A stretch of DNA of 64,000 nt, from positions 8,309,875 through 8,373,874 of the forward strand of contig OZ316891.1 in NCBI GenBank assembly GCA_973895155.1, written 5' to 3'. Of this stretch, positions 25,335 through 38,925 are shown in pieces. Below the pieces are notes generated by a model. That model ran no database searches. It saw only the letters and a program-made list of their open reading frames with translations, and had not been told where the DNA came from. The stretch comes from Marsupella aquatica (lineage: Eukaryota; Plantae; Marchantiophyta). The position numbers and the translations under genes were made by a program. The stretch's first letter is position 1, and every line of letters begins with the position of its first letter.

Positions 25335-27503
25335 AGAGTCAAAAAGCCCCCGAGTCCTCAACAAGGACAAAACAACACAAGCCCTAATTAGCGCCAAACA
25401 GAAAAGTCTGGTAGAGCTCTCAAGTAAATTGCATAGGTAGGTCACTAAGAAGTAGTTGACTAGAGAAAAGATGTGAGCCGAAACTACAGTAGATGCTGAA
25501 GGCGATAGGGACGAACGAGGGACCACAACCCCAAAAAGAATCTGGAAGATTGCATCAACCTGAAAGGCCTGAAAAGATGGGACGTCCATTACAAGCCAAG
25601 TTGTTGCATACTACAACTTTTTTTTCCAGTTGGAAATCTCTTGACCAAACCTTTGTCCTGAAGCGAAGGGTACTTTTGAGAGGTTGGAAAATTTTCAAAC
25701 GACCAAGCATAATTTAATTATGTTCCCTCCTATTCTCTTCTCCACTCTCACTCTCTCTGTGTCCATGGATTCTATAACGGGCCCACGTGAACTAATCTAC
25801 CTACAGTCCAAGTTAGTCTGGAAAAAACGTCCTTTGCTCTTCTTCGTCATCCATGCTTCCACAGGTACAGTCACGCGACCAAAATTCTTCTATTTTGGAA
25901 CCGTTGGGAAAGTCCTCTGAGTGGGGACCAGTGTATTTTTTAAGAGTTGTGATGAGTGCACATCAAAAAGAAGTTTCATACCTAAAAGGAAAACACTAAG
26001 TGATATACAAAAAAACAAGGGGCTTATCATGGTATGGACAATCCTTTCAACCAATAGTACCTTGTCACGTAACATACTCTACTGTATGCTACTGCTTTTC
26101 AAAAAGAAATTGTCTTTTAATCAAAATTTCCATGTTACAGTAAGTTTTCAACATGCACCAGATTGTTTCTTACAACGACCTGTCACAGGTCGTTCATTGA
26201 CATTCTTCTCATTTCCCAAAAAAACTCCACAAGAAATTTTGGTCTGCATCTATCCGTGAAGGCAGTGACTGTTTTAGTTCATGTTTTACAAAAACTTTTC
26301 AATATAGAAACTGTAGGCAGACTTGCTTTAACCATGACGGCTGACTCTTCCTTGACATAAAGTGACACCACATGACAAAAGCAACATGAAAGAAAATATT
26401 TACATGTAATTTTTTTTGCAACCAAATCTTGGAACCCCTTTTTCTTTCCTCTCTTGTACTTTGTTTTTCCCGGATTTATAAAAAATTTGGTGAAAGTTCA
26501 CACTCTGCTTAGAAAAACAAAAACAAAATGTATGAAAGTATTTCATTTTTCAAAAGGAGCATCGACACATAGGAAAGATGATTTTAGACGGGATTTTACA
26601 GCTAGGTGTAGTTCATTAGAATCAAATCCTTGATATCCAAGATAAATGGCTATTCTTGGGCTCATTAGAAGCAGTTTTGAAAAGTTAGCTCACAAGTTTT
26701 TGAGCTGCTAACTATGACATTCAGCATCTCCCCCACACCTGATGGAATCTGATGTTTTCAGCCAGTTTGAAACGGCTTGGAATTATCTTTCAATCAGCCT
26801 GCTATTGTCAAATTTTAGTGAATTGAGAGACCTACAATTTTCAAAAAATAAAAATAATGTCATTTTCTTGCCAGATTTCAATCATCAGAATCCAACATGT
26901 ATTTTATGAGCAGAAAGTAGGGTTGCTGCATCCATCCGAGTTGAAAATGTCTATCCTGACGTCTAATTTGGCAACTGTGGAGGTCCATCTGGGATGTACA
27001 ATTATTGACTGATCTTTAATATGGACTGTTACATCTTGTCCAGTCAGATCTTGACCTTTAGATCTAGCAAAAAGAATCTAAGGGACTAAATTGCTCACAG
27101 AAATTCCTCTACTCTCTTCACAGGCCCTTATTTGCTCGCTTATTTGGCCAACATACTGGCAAAATATGCCAAAACTGTGACAGCTGGTGTGGACCTGTCC
27201 ACCAGGCCACCTTGCAAACATAGATATGGCAGTGGACTTTCGAAGGGAATTTCCATTAGAATGGGTCCCCTCAAATTCCTCTAAGTGGTTGCTTTAGAAG
27301 AGCTTCAGTGGCTACCCACAACATGCACCATGATTCCTTGATGTGGTGGTCCCTGTCATAATATTGTGGTTGCTTTATAAGGGCTTCACTATCTACCTCC
27401 AACCTCCACCATTCCTTCATATGGGAACAAATTGGCAAGAGAGAGAACTAAGGACAATAATGGAGTAGTGTTCATTCTCACTAATGACACTATCAATGAA
27501 TAG

Positions 27504-28100
27504 TTCGGGAGGGGTCTGGTTACATCTGTAGAATGAGACATCAAGTGCGACAAAGTATTGGGTCATTTTAATTATTTTGAGAAATATTTATAAAGATGCT
27601 AGTGAAAATACTCGGGGGGGTCACTATATGGAGGGTCATACATCGCGTGCGACGTTTTAGGGTTTGACCCCCCTAACTTTAAAGTGAAAAATATTTTTTT
27701 GCAAAGCCCTTTCTTTCTTAAAATTTTGTCATTTTTTATTAAAAAACCCCTAAAAACTTTATAGAAAATATTTTTTGCAATTAAATAGGCCTATGTGTTC
27801 TTTAAAGTCGACCAATCAATAAAACATGCCCTATGTGTTCTTCCACCAAACTTTGGAAGTCTTCCGCCACACCCATTTAAATGGGCCTATACTTTGTCGC
27901 ACGTGATGTGTCACTTCCGTGGAAGTGACCCCCCCGAGTGAAAATATAGGGTTTTCTCATGTAAAAATGTCACCTGTCATCATATCATTGGTGTCATACA
28001 ACTTTGTTTAAAGTGATTATGGGGTCATCAATATATAACTCGAACCGTCAAATATGATGTATGGTCCCAGTATGGCCCTCTATATAGTGACCACCCCAAG
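27504..28100. mobile_element. Older, diverged copy of the CTCGGGG-TIR MITE family, interrupted by a younger copy
   Basis: The left part (CATCAAGTGCGACAAAGTATTGGGTCATTTTA) and right end (TATGGCCCTCTATATAGTGACCACCCCAAG) match the reverse complement of the ends of 27611-27938. Confidence 0.6.
27611..27938. mobile_element. MITE with perfect 15 bp TIR and 8 bp TSD
   Basis: TIR CTCGGGGGGGTCACT / AGTGACCCCCCCGAG, extending imperfectly to ~45 bp; TSD TGAAAATA at 27603-27610 and 27939-27946. Confidence 0.9.
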
Positions 28101-30658
28101 ATGATTAGATCAGTCTACAGGTGTAACCAGACCTCACATTTCATGGAAAAGGGCAGTGGTTTTTTTAGTCTGGATCCACATTTTATTCACAATGAAAGAC
28201 AACTTTGAGGCTCATAATGAGGTCCCAAACTCTTTTTGCCACCCACACCCGCTCCCCGTCTTTTTTCATACTCACTTTTCTAAGTGTGACTAGAGGATGA
28301 ATGATCCCACTTTTGGGTGGGGTGAATGACAAAAGCATCCATCATGGCTAGCAAGATTCAAACCTCGGACCTGCCTCATCCCAATGAGCTCCTCTACGAC
28401 CTAGCCTGGGGGCAGCTGGTGTCCAGACTTATTCGCTCTAGGTATTTAACCTCGTACCAAAGTCAAAATTATTGGGCAGGGCAGCCAGCTACGGGGCAAA
28501 TCAATGCTAAACCCATGGATTAGCCTTGATCTTGAGTAACCTCAAAATCATTTGTATTGGTAGCCAGCCCATATCTTGGGTGATAGTTGGCAAAGATATT
28601 GCGTCAATATATATACAACGGTTTGAATTGACAGATGCTCTTGTCAGAAACTGCTTCCGATTTCCACATCTAAATCCATATGCAAGCTCCCCCACCTCAA
28701 TGTAGCAATCCAATAGCCTCAGTGACCATTTGTAAGATACTTGGCTTGGTGTTGTGGCTGTCTATTCCCTCTTCTATTGGTGTTTTCTACAACGCGATCC
28801 TCAATTCATTTCTCCTTGAGCTGTTCTGGTTTTCCTTGCACTACATGCACTTAGTGGTGAACCTAGCCAACGCCCCCACCAATCCCAACACTCTTGCCTA
28901 ATGCCTGAACGCCTACATGGAACTCCTCAAGCAAACAACTTGGTACCTCTAGTCCCTCCGGCGGCCACTCCTATACGAAGCCGCACTTGCTCCCTAACTC
29001 AACCGTCGCTCAACAGTCCTCACTGTCTGCACAAGCAACCAAACACCTAGGTAAGTAACCCTCCAGGATCTAGGAACTCCAAGATTAGTGTCTCAACTCA
29101 AGCTCAATACACATTGGTAAGTAGGTCAGCAAATAGAACCTCAAGGGCCCGCATGGCATTGCCATAAGCCAAAGCCAAAGCCAACTTACACCCCGGCCAA
29201 CACCCACTCTTTGTCCATAACATCCCCTCTATGGGTGTTGCCTGTGCTTCCCCACCTCCTATTTGTCACTAGCTGACTGCCCCGCCCCCAAGACATGCTC
29301 ATGCCCCAAATAAGCTAGCTTGTCCTAAACGCCACAACCATTTTGGCCCCAACTCTAGCAACTATCTCCAAAGTTCCAACCCAATGAGAGTCTAGGGGCC
29401 AAATGCACTTGGACCTTGGACACACCCATGCCTACTTTGCATTGTCTCCCCAACGCAAGTTCACATGGGAAACTAAATGCGGTTTGGCTGCTGTTTTGGG
29501 AGGATTTGGCAAGTGGGCAAGATAGCCCTCACAAACCCCCAAGAATTCATGGCACCCCCAGACCTAGTTAAGCTCAGTAGTATGTAGTCTTCTTCAAGAG
29601 CTTTCCAATGCATCCAAGAAGTTTGTTCCCATTAAGAAATCATCATTGTTTTCGTTTGGCGTTTCTCCTTAGTGTCACGATCGCCACGGCTCACAACTTG
29701 GGCTTGCCCTTGGCCCCAAGGGAGACACCACTCCCCTCATATATACTTTTGGAGACCTGTAACCCTCGGACCAACTTTGGTCCTCTATATTTGGCCCTCA
29801 CCCTGGACTCCAACCCGTACACATAACCACACAACTAAGTAACTTACTATGCCCATAACTTTCTAGCTAGGCCTCCAATCATTGCACATGATGTAAACTT
29901 TGTCAGCCTTGGGTCCAAGAGGAGTTCTCACTCTAAAAGCCTTCAGAACTCAAAGTCATTCTGGGGTCCGGACGGTCCACCCTGAGCCCAGCCATTCCCA
30001 TGACCCGACCAGCTTCATGCTAGCGGGCATGCTAGTCTAAGTCCTTAGTGTGCGTCACTAGCTTAGCACATTGCCCTTGCTTAGTCCCCCATCGGATAGC
30101 TGTTCCAGAGGCCTAGATCATAAAGGAGCTCGGTGTCGGAGTCAGCGACGCCAATGAAAGCTAAGTGTCAGGGTAGTCGAGTTCTGTGACTCACTTCTAC
30201 TTCACTTGTTGGTTTTAAAAGCAATCAAGGCTTTGGTTGTGACAAGAACTGATACATGTAGGCTTCCATCTTGTTGGATTCTAGTGGAAAGTTATTTGAC
30301 ATATCATATACGGGATCATATAAAGAGTCATGTTTCTTGTTTTTTGCCAACTCTAGTGACTAGGTGATAAAGATTGAGACCGGGATTGAGACTCAATCAT
30401 GTTTGTCTATAATAAATCTGATGAAACAAGACTCAAAGAACACTCTTTGATTAGTTTGCAATTCATTACAAAAGGTCAGGATATATGAGGTGAATATATC
30501 TTACTAATGTGATCTCTCCAGGGATCTCTCAAAGGACCGAGGTTGATGTCTTGAACATTTGAGTTTGTTGGAACAGGCAACATTGGAGTATTTCAAGGAG
30601 AGAAAGTTCAGTTACAATAGCAAGATGTTCCATTTAAAGCATCTTCATTGCTTTGGCC

Positions 30659-30889
30659 ATAGATGACTGGTAAAGCCATTGATAGTCTGATTGTACCAAT
30701 TTAAGATTGGGAAATAGTTGGCCTTTTTCCTCCCAGTACATAGTCATGGTACTTGTATTTTTGGTCACTATCCATATAGATGACTGCTAAAGCCATTGAT
30801 AGTCTCATGTACCAATTTAAGATTGGGAAATAGTTGGCCTTTGTCCTCCCAATAGTCTCCAAGGTACTACTATTTTTGGTCTCTATCCA
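30659..30889. repeat. Two-copy tandem duplication, ~115 bp
   Basis: ATAGATGACTG(G/C)TAAAGCCATTGATAGTCT...TATTTTTGGTC(A/T)CTATCCAT occurs twice. Confidence 0.9.
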
Positions 30890-31069
30890 TTATTTAACCC
30901 TGGTTGAAACTGTTGCAGACCCAGTTCAAACTAATATATTTCCCTTCCTCTTAGTCCCCTTCAGTTGTACTTGTTAAACATCTACTCTTAGGTCTCTTTG
31001 CCCATTATCTACTTAGGGATTAATTGTAAGACATAAAGGAAGCCATGGCAGATTTGTATTCATGAGCTC

Positions 31070-31367
31070 CTGGGGGTTTCATTTCCCAAAAAATGGCATA
31101 TCACGTGTGACGAAGTATAGGGTCATTTTATTGGTTTGAAGGGATGACTTAAGAATTTTTTGAGAAGAACACTAGGGTCTTTTAAATCCAATTTTGAGAC
31201 TTATAAGAACATTAGGGTCCTTATAACCAAAATTTTGGAATATTCCAAGAATATTCCAACAACTTATAGGGGTTGAAAAAAATAAAAAATTTCTTACATT
31301 TTAGGGGGTCCGAGGCCTAAAAACGTCGCAGGTGATGGGGAGGCATCCATGTAGTGAGACCCCCGAG
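31070..31367. mobile_element. MITE of the same family as 27611-27938
   Basis: TIR CTGGGGGTTTCATT / AGTGAGACCCCCGAG; TSD ATGAGCTC at 31062-31069 and 31368-31375; shared subterminal ATCACGTGTGACGAAGTATAGGGTCATTTT. Confidence 0.85.
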
Positions 31368-34300
31368 ATGAGCTCCTGCTTTGTGTAATGTTTTCCACAA
31401 ATTGTTGCCATTTGTTGGGAATTAACTCTTAGGTCTAGAGTTACTATGTAACCACAGGTTAGTCAAACCGCAGTCAAGTGTTTGGCTACAATGAGATGTG
31501 CTGCTAGCTACTATAGTCACTAGCATGACTTAGTTAGGGAGTGAAACTTATGTCACTCATTGTTACATAGCCAGTTGGGAGATAGGAAATCTAGAGTTAC
31601 TATGTGTCCCGCTATCCAGAGACACAATATGGCCGACGGGCTTAGTTAGAGCTGAATAAAACTCTGGCTTGTGTCTTTGGTGGATGTTGAATATGTGCAT
31701 GCTCTATTATGAGTAGAGGTCATTTACTCATCTAATGCGCAATGGAGGAGAGACGCAGTGGCACTGCAATATGAAGTGTGTGAAAATACATAGCACAAAT
31801 ATCTCATGACTTTCATGAGCAATCCGTCAAGGGACTTTCACGGATCACAATGGTGGGGATTGTCACCTCCATCACTGCTAATATAAGTTTTGGACTTTAC
31901 GGGTAAATAATGCTCTTATGCTCAGGTTCCATTGTACGACTAAGAAGACCTGGAGGATTTTAGAGAGGATTTTTCCAGTCCATGGACACTTAATTCATTT
32001 GAGCCCAAAATGCCTTTTCTCTCAAATTCCACTGATTCTCAAATATCAAAGGGTATAGTAAGAGGGAATAACCACATCCTTTGGAGTGTGAAGCAGTGCT
32101 GGATTTTAATTTTTGATCCTTTGGAGAGGATCATAAGTGAGTTCAATACACTCATTTGATGGTGAAATTGCACTGAAATAGGCAATGAATCTCATTCAGT
32201 TTTCCATAATTTTCTCTTCTCACTGATCTTAAGATCTGATTGGCTTGCATACCATGTTAAACTTAATAAAATCTGTGCATGAACGAGCTCATTCAATGTG
32301 AACAATCAAGAGAATTCTTTGTGTGTGACTGCATTGCTGCAATTAAAGTCTGACAACTAACCGGAGTTCTATGAGAGGTATGTAGACTCAGTGGGCTTGC
32401 TTTCAGCCGCAACATTTCCCATTGTTGTCTGGCAGATTGGAGGACAAGATGCATGAAATCTCTCAAGAGTGGGTTACTAATGAGGCAACACAGCTTGAGT
32501 ATTTGAACTCAAGGATATAGGGAATGACCTCTATCCAACATATTGGTTGGCCACCATTGAGTGAAGGCTCCTGTGAGTTGTGGGGACTTTGCTCAAGTTT
32601 TGATACATGGAAGGACCCTCGGAAGGACCAGGCCAAAGAAGCAGCAAAGAACTAAGGTGTAACTGGACATTCTCCACAGTCATTCAACACAAGGTAATGG
32701 ATGAGTTAGGGAGTGTGTTCCTTCAATATTTGATGGGAGCAGGCTGCAACCTGCCTGCTCTTCCCTGTGCATGACACAGTCATTGAGAGATTATACTGAC
32801 TCCATACCCAAGTTGGTGACTCATGTTGTTGAAGGGGACAGTGTCACCAGGCCGGTAAAAATGCCTGGCTGACGTGCAATGCTGCTAACTTGGTTTAATT
32901 TCTTTACAATGCTTTTTTGCATCCCCTACATCAACAAAACCCTACTTACTTGCCTCTGTAACACTTCCTTCTTCCTTACCTTCATGACACTTCCATGCCT
33001 CATAGCTTTCCCCAGACTTTCTTGCCTCAGGGACACAGCTTGCATTGATCACAGTCACATATATAAGATGTCTCAACAGCCCCATGGGTCAACAGAGTTT
33101 TGGGCCTCGATCCACAACGTACACATCTTTGCCCGGCCTGCATTATTTTGCTCGCCTAGCTTGACATATTTTCATGGCTGCAATGACAATTGTCCAATGC
33201 ATGGACACTGGGCTATTGATGTTACTATTACTTAAATGGGAATGCACAGAAGCAACAAGTCCTATAGTATCCTGTGATAGGGTTCATCTTGCCTCCAAAA
33301 TTTGGGCTTTCAAACCTGGATTCAAGCTTGTGTGGATTTGAGTTCACTTTATTATCATGTTTGGGACTGCCAACCTTATGGATTGACGTTGACTGGAAGT
33401 GGAGGACTGAAAGTATATTTGGGTGGGTGTGGAGGGACTCTGCTTGCCGCAGGTCCTTGAATTGTGCAGGAATGTCTTTGCTTACATAAGTGCAAAAGCA
33501 GGTTCTAATCAGGTAATAATACAGTGCATGAATGTCTTCTCTTATGTAAGTGCAGGAACCGGTGTTATTTGGGTGAAATGCATGCCTAGTTGTCTACTTG
33601 ACATGCTTTACATTCGCCAAACCCATTTGCTGGACATTTTCCCAGTTTGCCTCCTTACTCCCTTAGTTTTGCTGAAGTTTATTTGCCCAAACTTACCCCT
33701 ATGTCCCAATGGGACTTTCCCAACTCTGAAGGTCCATTGTCACATACTAGAAAACAACAACTCTTGCTTGTGGTCGAAAACGGTAACAAGTGCCCCCACT
33801 TCTGATAAAACTCCTCATTGTCCAGCATCAGGCCTGGATCCACCAGATTTCACTGTTAACACTATTTTCCTGAAATGTGGAGGAGATTGGCATAATAGAC
33901 CAAGGATCCAGGTTTCACCGTTATCAGCATTTTTTCGTGAAATCATGGAGGACTGGAGTAGAGTAGCAGAGTAGACTAATGGAGTCTCGGGAGTGCCGAG
34001 TCTTGGACAGTTCGCCTTATATATAGCAATTGTGGCTTGAGGGAGTGAAATAAATGACTTCGCCACATGGCCTAGTCTGAGCCAAATTTGGACCAGACGG
34101 AACTAAAGAAAGGAGAATGAAAAGAGCCAACTGGGATTGCAATGGGGAATTCAGTCAGTGGCCCCCAGAATTGGAGCACGAAGGCAAGTAGTAGGTAGAG
34201 TTGGGCAAGTGCTACAGCACACTAGCCCAGGCAAGGAGTAATTCAGAAAGGCATTTATAATTGGGTAGTAGGCAAGACACCTACTTGCTATCCCTCCCGA

Positions 34301-35201
34301 AATAAATGCGTCAGACAGCATTAACGCCTGGGAAATGGTAACGGTAGAGGTGGCGGGCTCCGGTTGATGCGAGGCTCGATTCTGAGTTCTGACTGTCAGC
34401 TTCGTCTGATTAATGAGCCTTTGAGCACCCGGCTAAAAATGTTGTACGTCGGGATGCGATGCTGCACGATGAGAACTTGAGAAAAGAGGTCGAAGGGCGG
34501 TACTGTCTTTAGTAATCAGTCCATTGGGCATTGATTGGTGTGTGGAGATGGTCGGGATGATGCTTTTAATCGAAGCAAAAGGACAAACGACCAAAGTTAC
34601 AAAGTAGGATGGATTCCAACTTCGCATCAAAGTAGAGTCCATGACTGAAGAAGCGTTTTGTGGCGTGCTCAATCCTCATCAGACAGTACTGTACGAAATC
34701 AACGACGAGACCTCGCAGTACGAGCATGAGCTCAAGCCGCAAGCCAAGGTTTCCAAAGCACGGGAGGACCTCCTACGTTGCGTTCCACTTTGTCTCAGCG
34801 TGGAGACAACTTGGTCCTGGGGGAATTTCTCCCTCTCCAAGCTACTCAAGGAGGTCCTGGGTCCAGTGTGTTTTGTCTCCCACGACAATCTATCCACGGG
34901 ACCACGGCGATGCGGACTGTGTTGTTTAGTATTTTGGGCAGGTACAAAACAGTAGTTGTTGTGAGGACAGCCAATTGGATTTCTTCAGGAGGGGTGGCAA
35001 CATCATGAATCCGTCACTCTGAAGGGGTGGCGACCCAGCTCCAACCCAGGGCTGATATGATCAGTCTTGGGTGAGGACTGGGCAGGTCACTGGTTAGACA
35101 ATGGGCACTATAGACAGTGGTGGTGAGTCCCCTCCATATCCTAAGAGGATGGTGGTGCATGGGGCAGGGGTAGTATGGGAGGAGTTGGCGACCTGGTAAT
35201 A

Positions 35202-35231
35202 GTGTGTGTGTGTTTGTGTGTGTATGTGTGT

Positions 35232-35262
<31 letters not shown>

Positions 35263-35263
35263 G
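35202..35263. repeat. (TG)n microsatellite followed by a poly-G run
   Basis: Read directly from the sequence. Confidence 0.95.
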
Positions 35264-37374
35264 ATGTCTTTTGGCAGTTGATGACCTTTGGGGCCGTCTT
35301 GCATGTGGAAGGTCCTCGTCCTAAAAAATTGACCTTTCAATGAACTGATGGCAGCATATGAATGAGTGAGACTTTGATGTTACAACCCTCCCCAGGCAGT
35401 CCAGACAGCAATCATTGAGGGCTTCCAAGGGCAAGGGCCGGAAATTTTCCAACCCTTGACGTCCCAACCTTTGATTTGAGAACGAGACAAAAAGTGACAC
35501 AGATTGTGTGGACAAGCAAAATTTGCTTTTAGGCGGCATATTTGGGAATGTTGAGGGGGCCGCAACCTCAAGGACTTTCACATGCAATACAGTCCTTTAG
35601 CGCTGAATTTTTTCTTTGTCAAGGTAGCACTGGGAAATATAGATTTGGAAAATTTTGCCCAGAAAAGGAAAAAGAAATGCTTTTAGATCACAGGACATAA
35701 GGGTTTTGTCTCCCTCCTCAAACCACCCGACCCCAGTAACTTATTATCCTCGCCTCCCTCCACAAGTTTCCCACGGAACTCATGATCCTCGTTTCCTCCC
35801 TTCACAAGCTACTGTATCCAACCCAAGACGCAACCCAAGGAGCGCATGAACTGAGCAGAAGTTTTAAAGGAAAGACAAGAGAATTGGCGTGTACTCATGG
35901 GTGGACCTCCTTTCCATCTCAAGCCACAAAATATAATAATAGTCTAGTATTAATAGGCTGCGTGGGCTGCCCCCTTTATCCAACGGGTCTGGTCTTATCT
36001 CTATGTCTCAACAAATTCCTTTCCAGCATAATAATGGAGAACCAAAAATTCTAGTAGCCAGCTGAATTGGTCCTACTGCCCCGCTTTATACTTTGTGCCT
36101 GAAAGGCTTCTGAGATTCATCATGGCAACCCAGGCGAAACGAAAGACAGGTGCAGTCATACCCGATGACAGCTGCACCTCGTCGGCAACCAGCCTTTTCG
36201 TTTACCAAGACTGTTGCCCTGTTCTGTCAGCACTGGTCCGTTTAGCCATCTTTCCCCTTCAGCTGGTGCTCTAGAGCGGACCCAATTTGTGCATGTCCTC
36301 CGAAATTGACCAGCGGTCCCCATATGACGGAGAGGTTGCCCTGGACAGCGAGTCTTCCCACCCTCAGGGCGTTCTTCAACGATCTCTAACGGAAAGAATT
36401 TGTCGCTCAACGTAGAAGAGCATCTTCCATTGAGCTCTCCCTCTCTCTGACAGATCGACTGATGATGCAAACCTCTTCAAAACATCAACGATCGACTCAA
36501 AACGGTGGAGCATTTAAGCGTCCTTGGAATCGACCAACGACTCGCCCTTTCAACAGATGATACAAACCGCAAGGAAAACAAATTAAGGATCGACCCACAG
36601 ACGATGGACCACCGTACGCGTTCTCAGGGTGAGGGGAGAAACAACGTACTTGGACGTTACAACGTTACCAGACACAATCATGTACGACGAATTTCAGTTG
36701 AGAAAGCCCTGTATCCAGCCCTGTATCCACTACAATCGTTTTCACACCCATTCAAATTGAGAAGTTGAGTTTCCCTCGACCTTCGGAGGATATTTACGCA
36801 GAAGAATGCGCATCTTATTAATTATCGTGAAGATATAAATTGAATGATAGCTTGACAGCCTCGATTTTTCACAATTCCGCTTAAAACAGTCCCCCATGCC
36901 TAGCTCTACTAGGAGTGAAGAGCGGGACTAGTGCAGCTAGTTCCTGGTTCCGGCAACCCACCCTGAGCTTGTATACCTAAGCTTTTGCTCCATATTAAAG
37001 CTGTGGAACCACAGAACCGTCCCAATCTCTGACGTCTGTTGAAGACGATCTTCGGTCATAAGCTATGGGTTGTCATGGCATCGTTATCATATCTGCTTGT
37101 AATTTCAAATTCTGGTCCCCCAAATTCTTAGTAGAGGAATCAGGGGACTGCTATCAGTCGGTCACTACTGACTACCGTTTGACGGGAATATAAATGGGAA
37201 CCTAAATCTTTTGTACATTAGCGCAGCTGCTGTTCTTGGTACTGTCTGTAACCAATTTACAGTTCAGTTCCGACTACGGCGGCTAGCTTGTTCCTGTGGT
37301 GAGGGTCAGGCGTAATGTGTTATTCAAGCCAATCATCCCTCTTGAACGAGCATTACAAAAAAATCTCCTAAACT

Positions 37375-38925
37375 CTAATCTACAAGGCAACTGCGCTTAA
37401 ACGGCACCCAGCATTTATAATTCGCCGGAGCTAACTCCTTCCTCGCAGCAGCAATTCTCCCTAGAACCCTCTCCAAGCTGATCTCATATGCATCTTTGCT
37501 GACGCTGGACGGATCATTCTCGTAGCCATTGTAAATCAAGTTAGGGATAATAGAGACGATATTCTTCCGCATTTGGCTGATTTGCTGCGGAGAGTATGAC
37601 ATCAAAATATCCTGGATTGATACTCCTCTCTTGAGGTCCTTCTCTGATATGTACACGGAGTAGCTCTCGAGATCCTGAGGAAGATGCCACGGATACTGAG
37701 TATAAGCGGTATCGTTGTGGAAGAACACGGGGATGGCCCCAGAAATGAGACAATCGAACGTAGATCTCCTCGTGGCGGTGTCACCTTTCGGCTGCAAGCA
37801 AAAATTGGCTGACAAGAATGATTTGTAGATGGCGACGGGGTCGTGGCTGCACCGCACGACTGAACAGTTCACCAGATTGCAAACCGACTGCCCAGCGTTT
37901 ATGCATGCATTTCCAATGAGACCCCTAACGCTCCAGCTATCAGGCCTCGGTGCCCCTACATAGGAGAATAGATACTTCCTTCTCGATCCCTCGACTTTGT
38001 GGATCCATGCCTGCAGCTCCTGAGGCGTTTCGGGATGGAACGCTGTTGGGTAGGGAATTCCTATCTCGTGCTTCGCGGTCGGACGTCGTTCTAGCAGCAA
38101 ACTGGTCATGTTAGAAGCGTAGGGAAGCTCACTGAGCCCGGTCCCCCACGTCGAATGGAGATAGAAATCCCAACTTGTCCTACCCTTTATCATGAAATGA
38201 TCTCGTCCACCGAACTTGCTCCAATATTCGCCGCCGTTCTGTTCCAGATAGTCGAAAAGCTCCTGGCCGAAGTTCTTCCTTTTCTCGATCGTGAGTGCAG
38301 TATCAGTCTGATCATACAAAAGATCAAGCGCTAGTAGGCCCGTGTAATAAGGGACGAAGAAGGCGTCAGCTTGGGATGCGTCTTGAGTTAAACAGCGATA
38401 TTTCTGCAGACGAGTGTGGAATATCATTTCCAGCATGTAAGAATCGGTATCATGCCAGTTATGTATATCAAAATCATGACGAGCGCTCTTCATTTGCGCG
38501 GTGTCATTCTTTCTCTCCAGCTTCGCTCCATAGCCACCGTTTGAAAAACGAGGGCACAGATCAATCCATTTCATGAGAGACTTGTTACACCTACTCTCGT
38601 CGTGGACGGCGATGTTGAACTCGGGAGGAAGGTCGTACATGAAAATCCGCTTGCCTTTACAACTATCGAAAGTTTCCCTTTCGAAGGATGTGGCATATCT
38701 CAAAGTCTCATATTTCCCCTCGAGTGGGTCTAGACCTGGACAAGCGAGGATGATAAATAGTACCGAAAATATCGATATCCAGCAGCATAGCCTCGGCGAA
38801 GCTTTTCGGTTAATCTTCTTCACCTTTACTTTCACCAGCAGCTTCTCTTTCTCGGACCCTAGAGACTTGCTCGCTGCCTTCTCCATGTTCAGCACACTCC
38901 CATCTGTTTTGTTTAAGGAGAACAT
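37375..38925 (-). CDS. GT47 exostosin-family glycosyltransferase, MUR3/XLT2/XUT1-like (xyloglucan side-chain galactosyl/galacturonosyl transferase clade), 516 aa
   Basis: Type II membrane topology (basic tail, then hydrophobic CCWISIFSVLFIILAC). Motifs CKGKRIFMYDLPPEFN, ADAFFVPYYTGL, GGRDHFMIKGRTSWDF, IPYPTAFHP and FCLQPKGDTATRRSTFDCLISGAIPVFF. Single coding exon; the start could be the second Met. Confidence 0.93.
   Translation of the reverse strand: MFSLNKTDGSVLNMEKAASKSLGSEKEKLLVKVKVKKINRKASPRLCCWISIFSVLFIILACPGLDPLEGKYETLRYATSFERETFDSCKGKRIFMYDLPPEFNIAVHDESRCNKSLMKWIDLCPRFSNGGYGAKLERKNDTAQMKSARHDFDIHNWHDTDSYMLEMIFHTRLQKYRCLTQDASQADAFFVPYYTGLLALDLLYDQTDTALTIEKRKNFGQELFDYLEQNGGEYWSKFGGRDHFMIKGRTSWDFYLHSTWGTGLSELPYASNMTSLLLERRPTAKHEIGIPYPTAFHPETPQELQAWIHKVEGSRRKYLFSYVGAPRPDSWSVRGLIGNACINAGQSVCNLVNCSVVRCSHDPVAIYKSFLSANFCLQPKGDTATRRSTFDCLISGAIPVFFHNDTAYTQYPWHLPQDLESYSVYISEKDLKRGVSIQDILMSYSPQQISQMRKNIVSIIPNLIYNGYENDPSSVSKDAYEISLERVLGRIAAARKELAPANYKCWVPFKRSCLVD

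Noticed and set aside
28300-32800. Degenerate LINE/retroelement sequence (also 41300-46000)
   Set aside because: Composition and CG depletion suggest decayed TEs, but I could not identify a reliable RT, endonuclease or integrase motif
32850-35010. Possible transposon protein remnants (Ulp1-like HWTIVI on the minus strand near 33200; ORFs 33423-33974 and 34641-34955)
   Set aside because: Only one short motif, with no catalytic Cys region or transposase motif recognised; needs BLASTX
36156-36768. Short ORFs downstream of the GT47 gene
   Set aside because: No homology cues and no supportable splice structure
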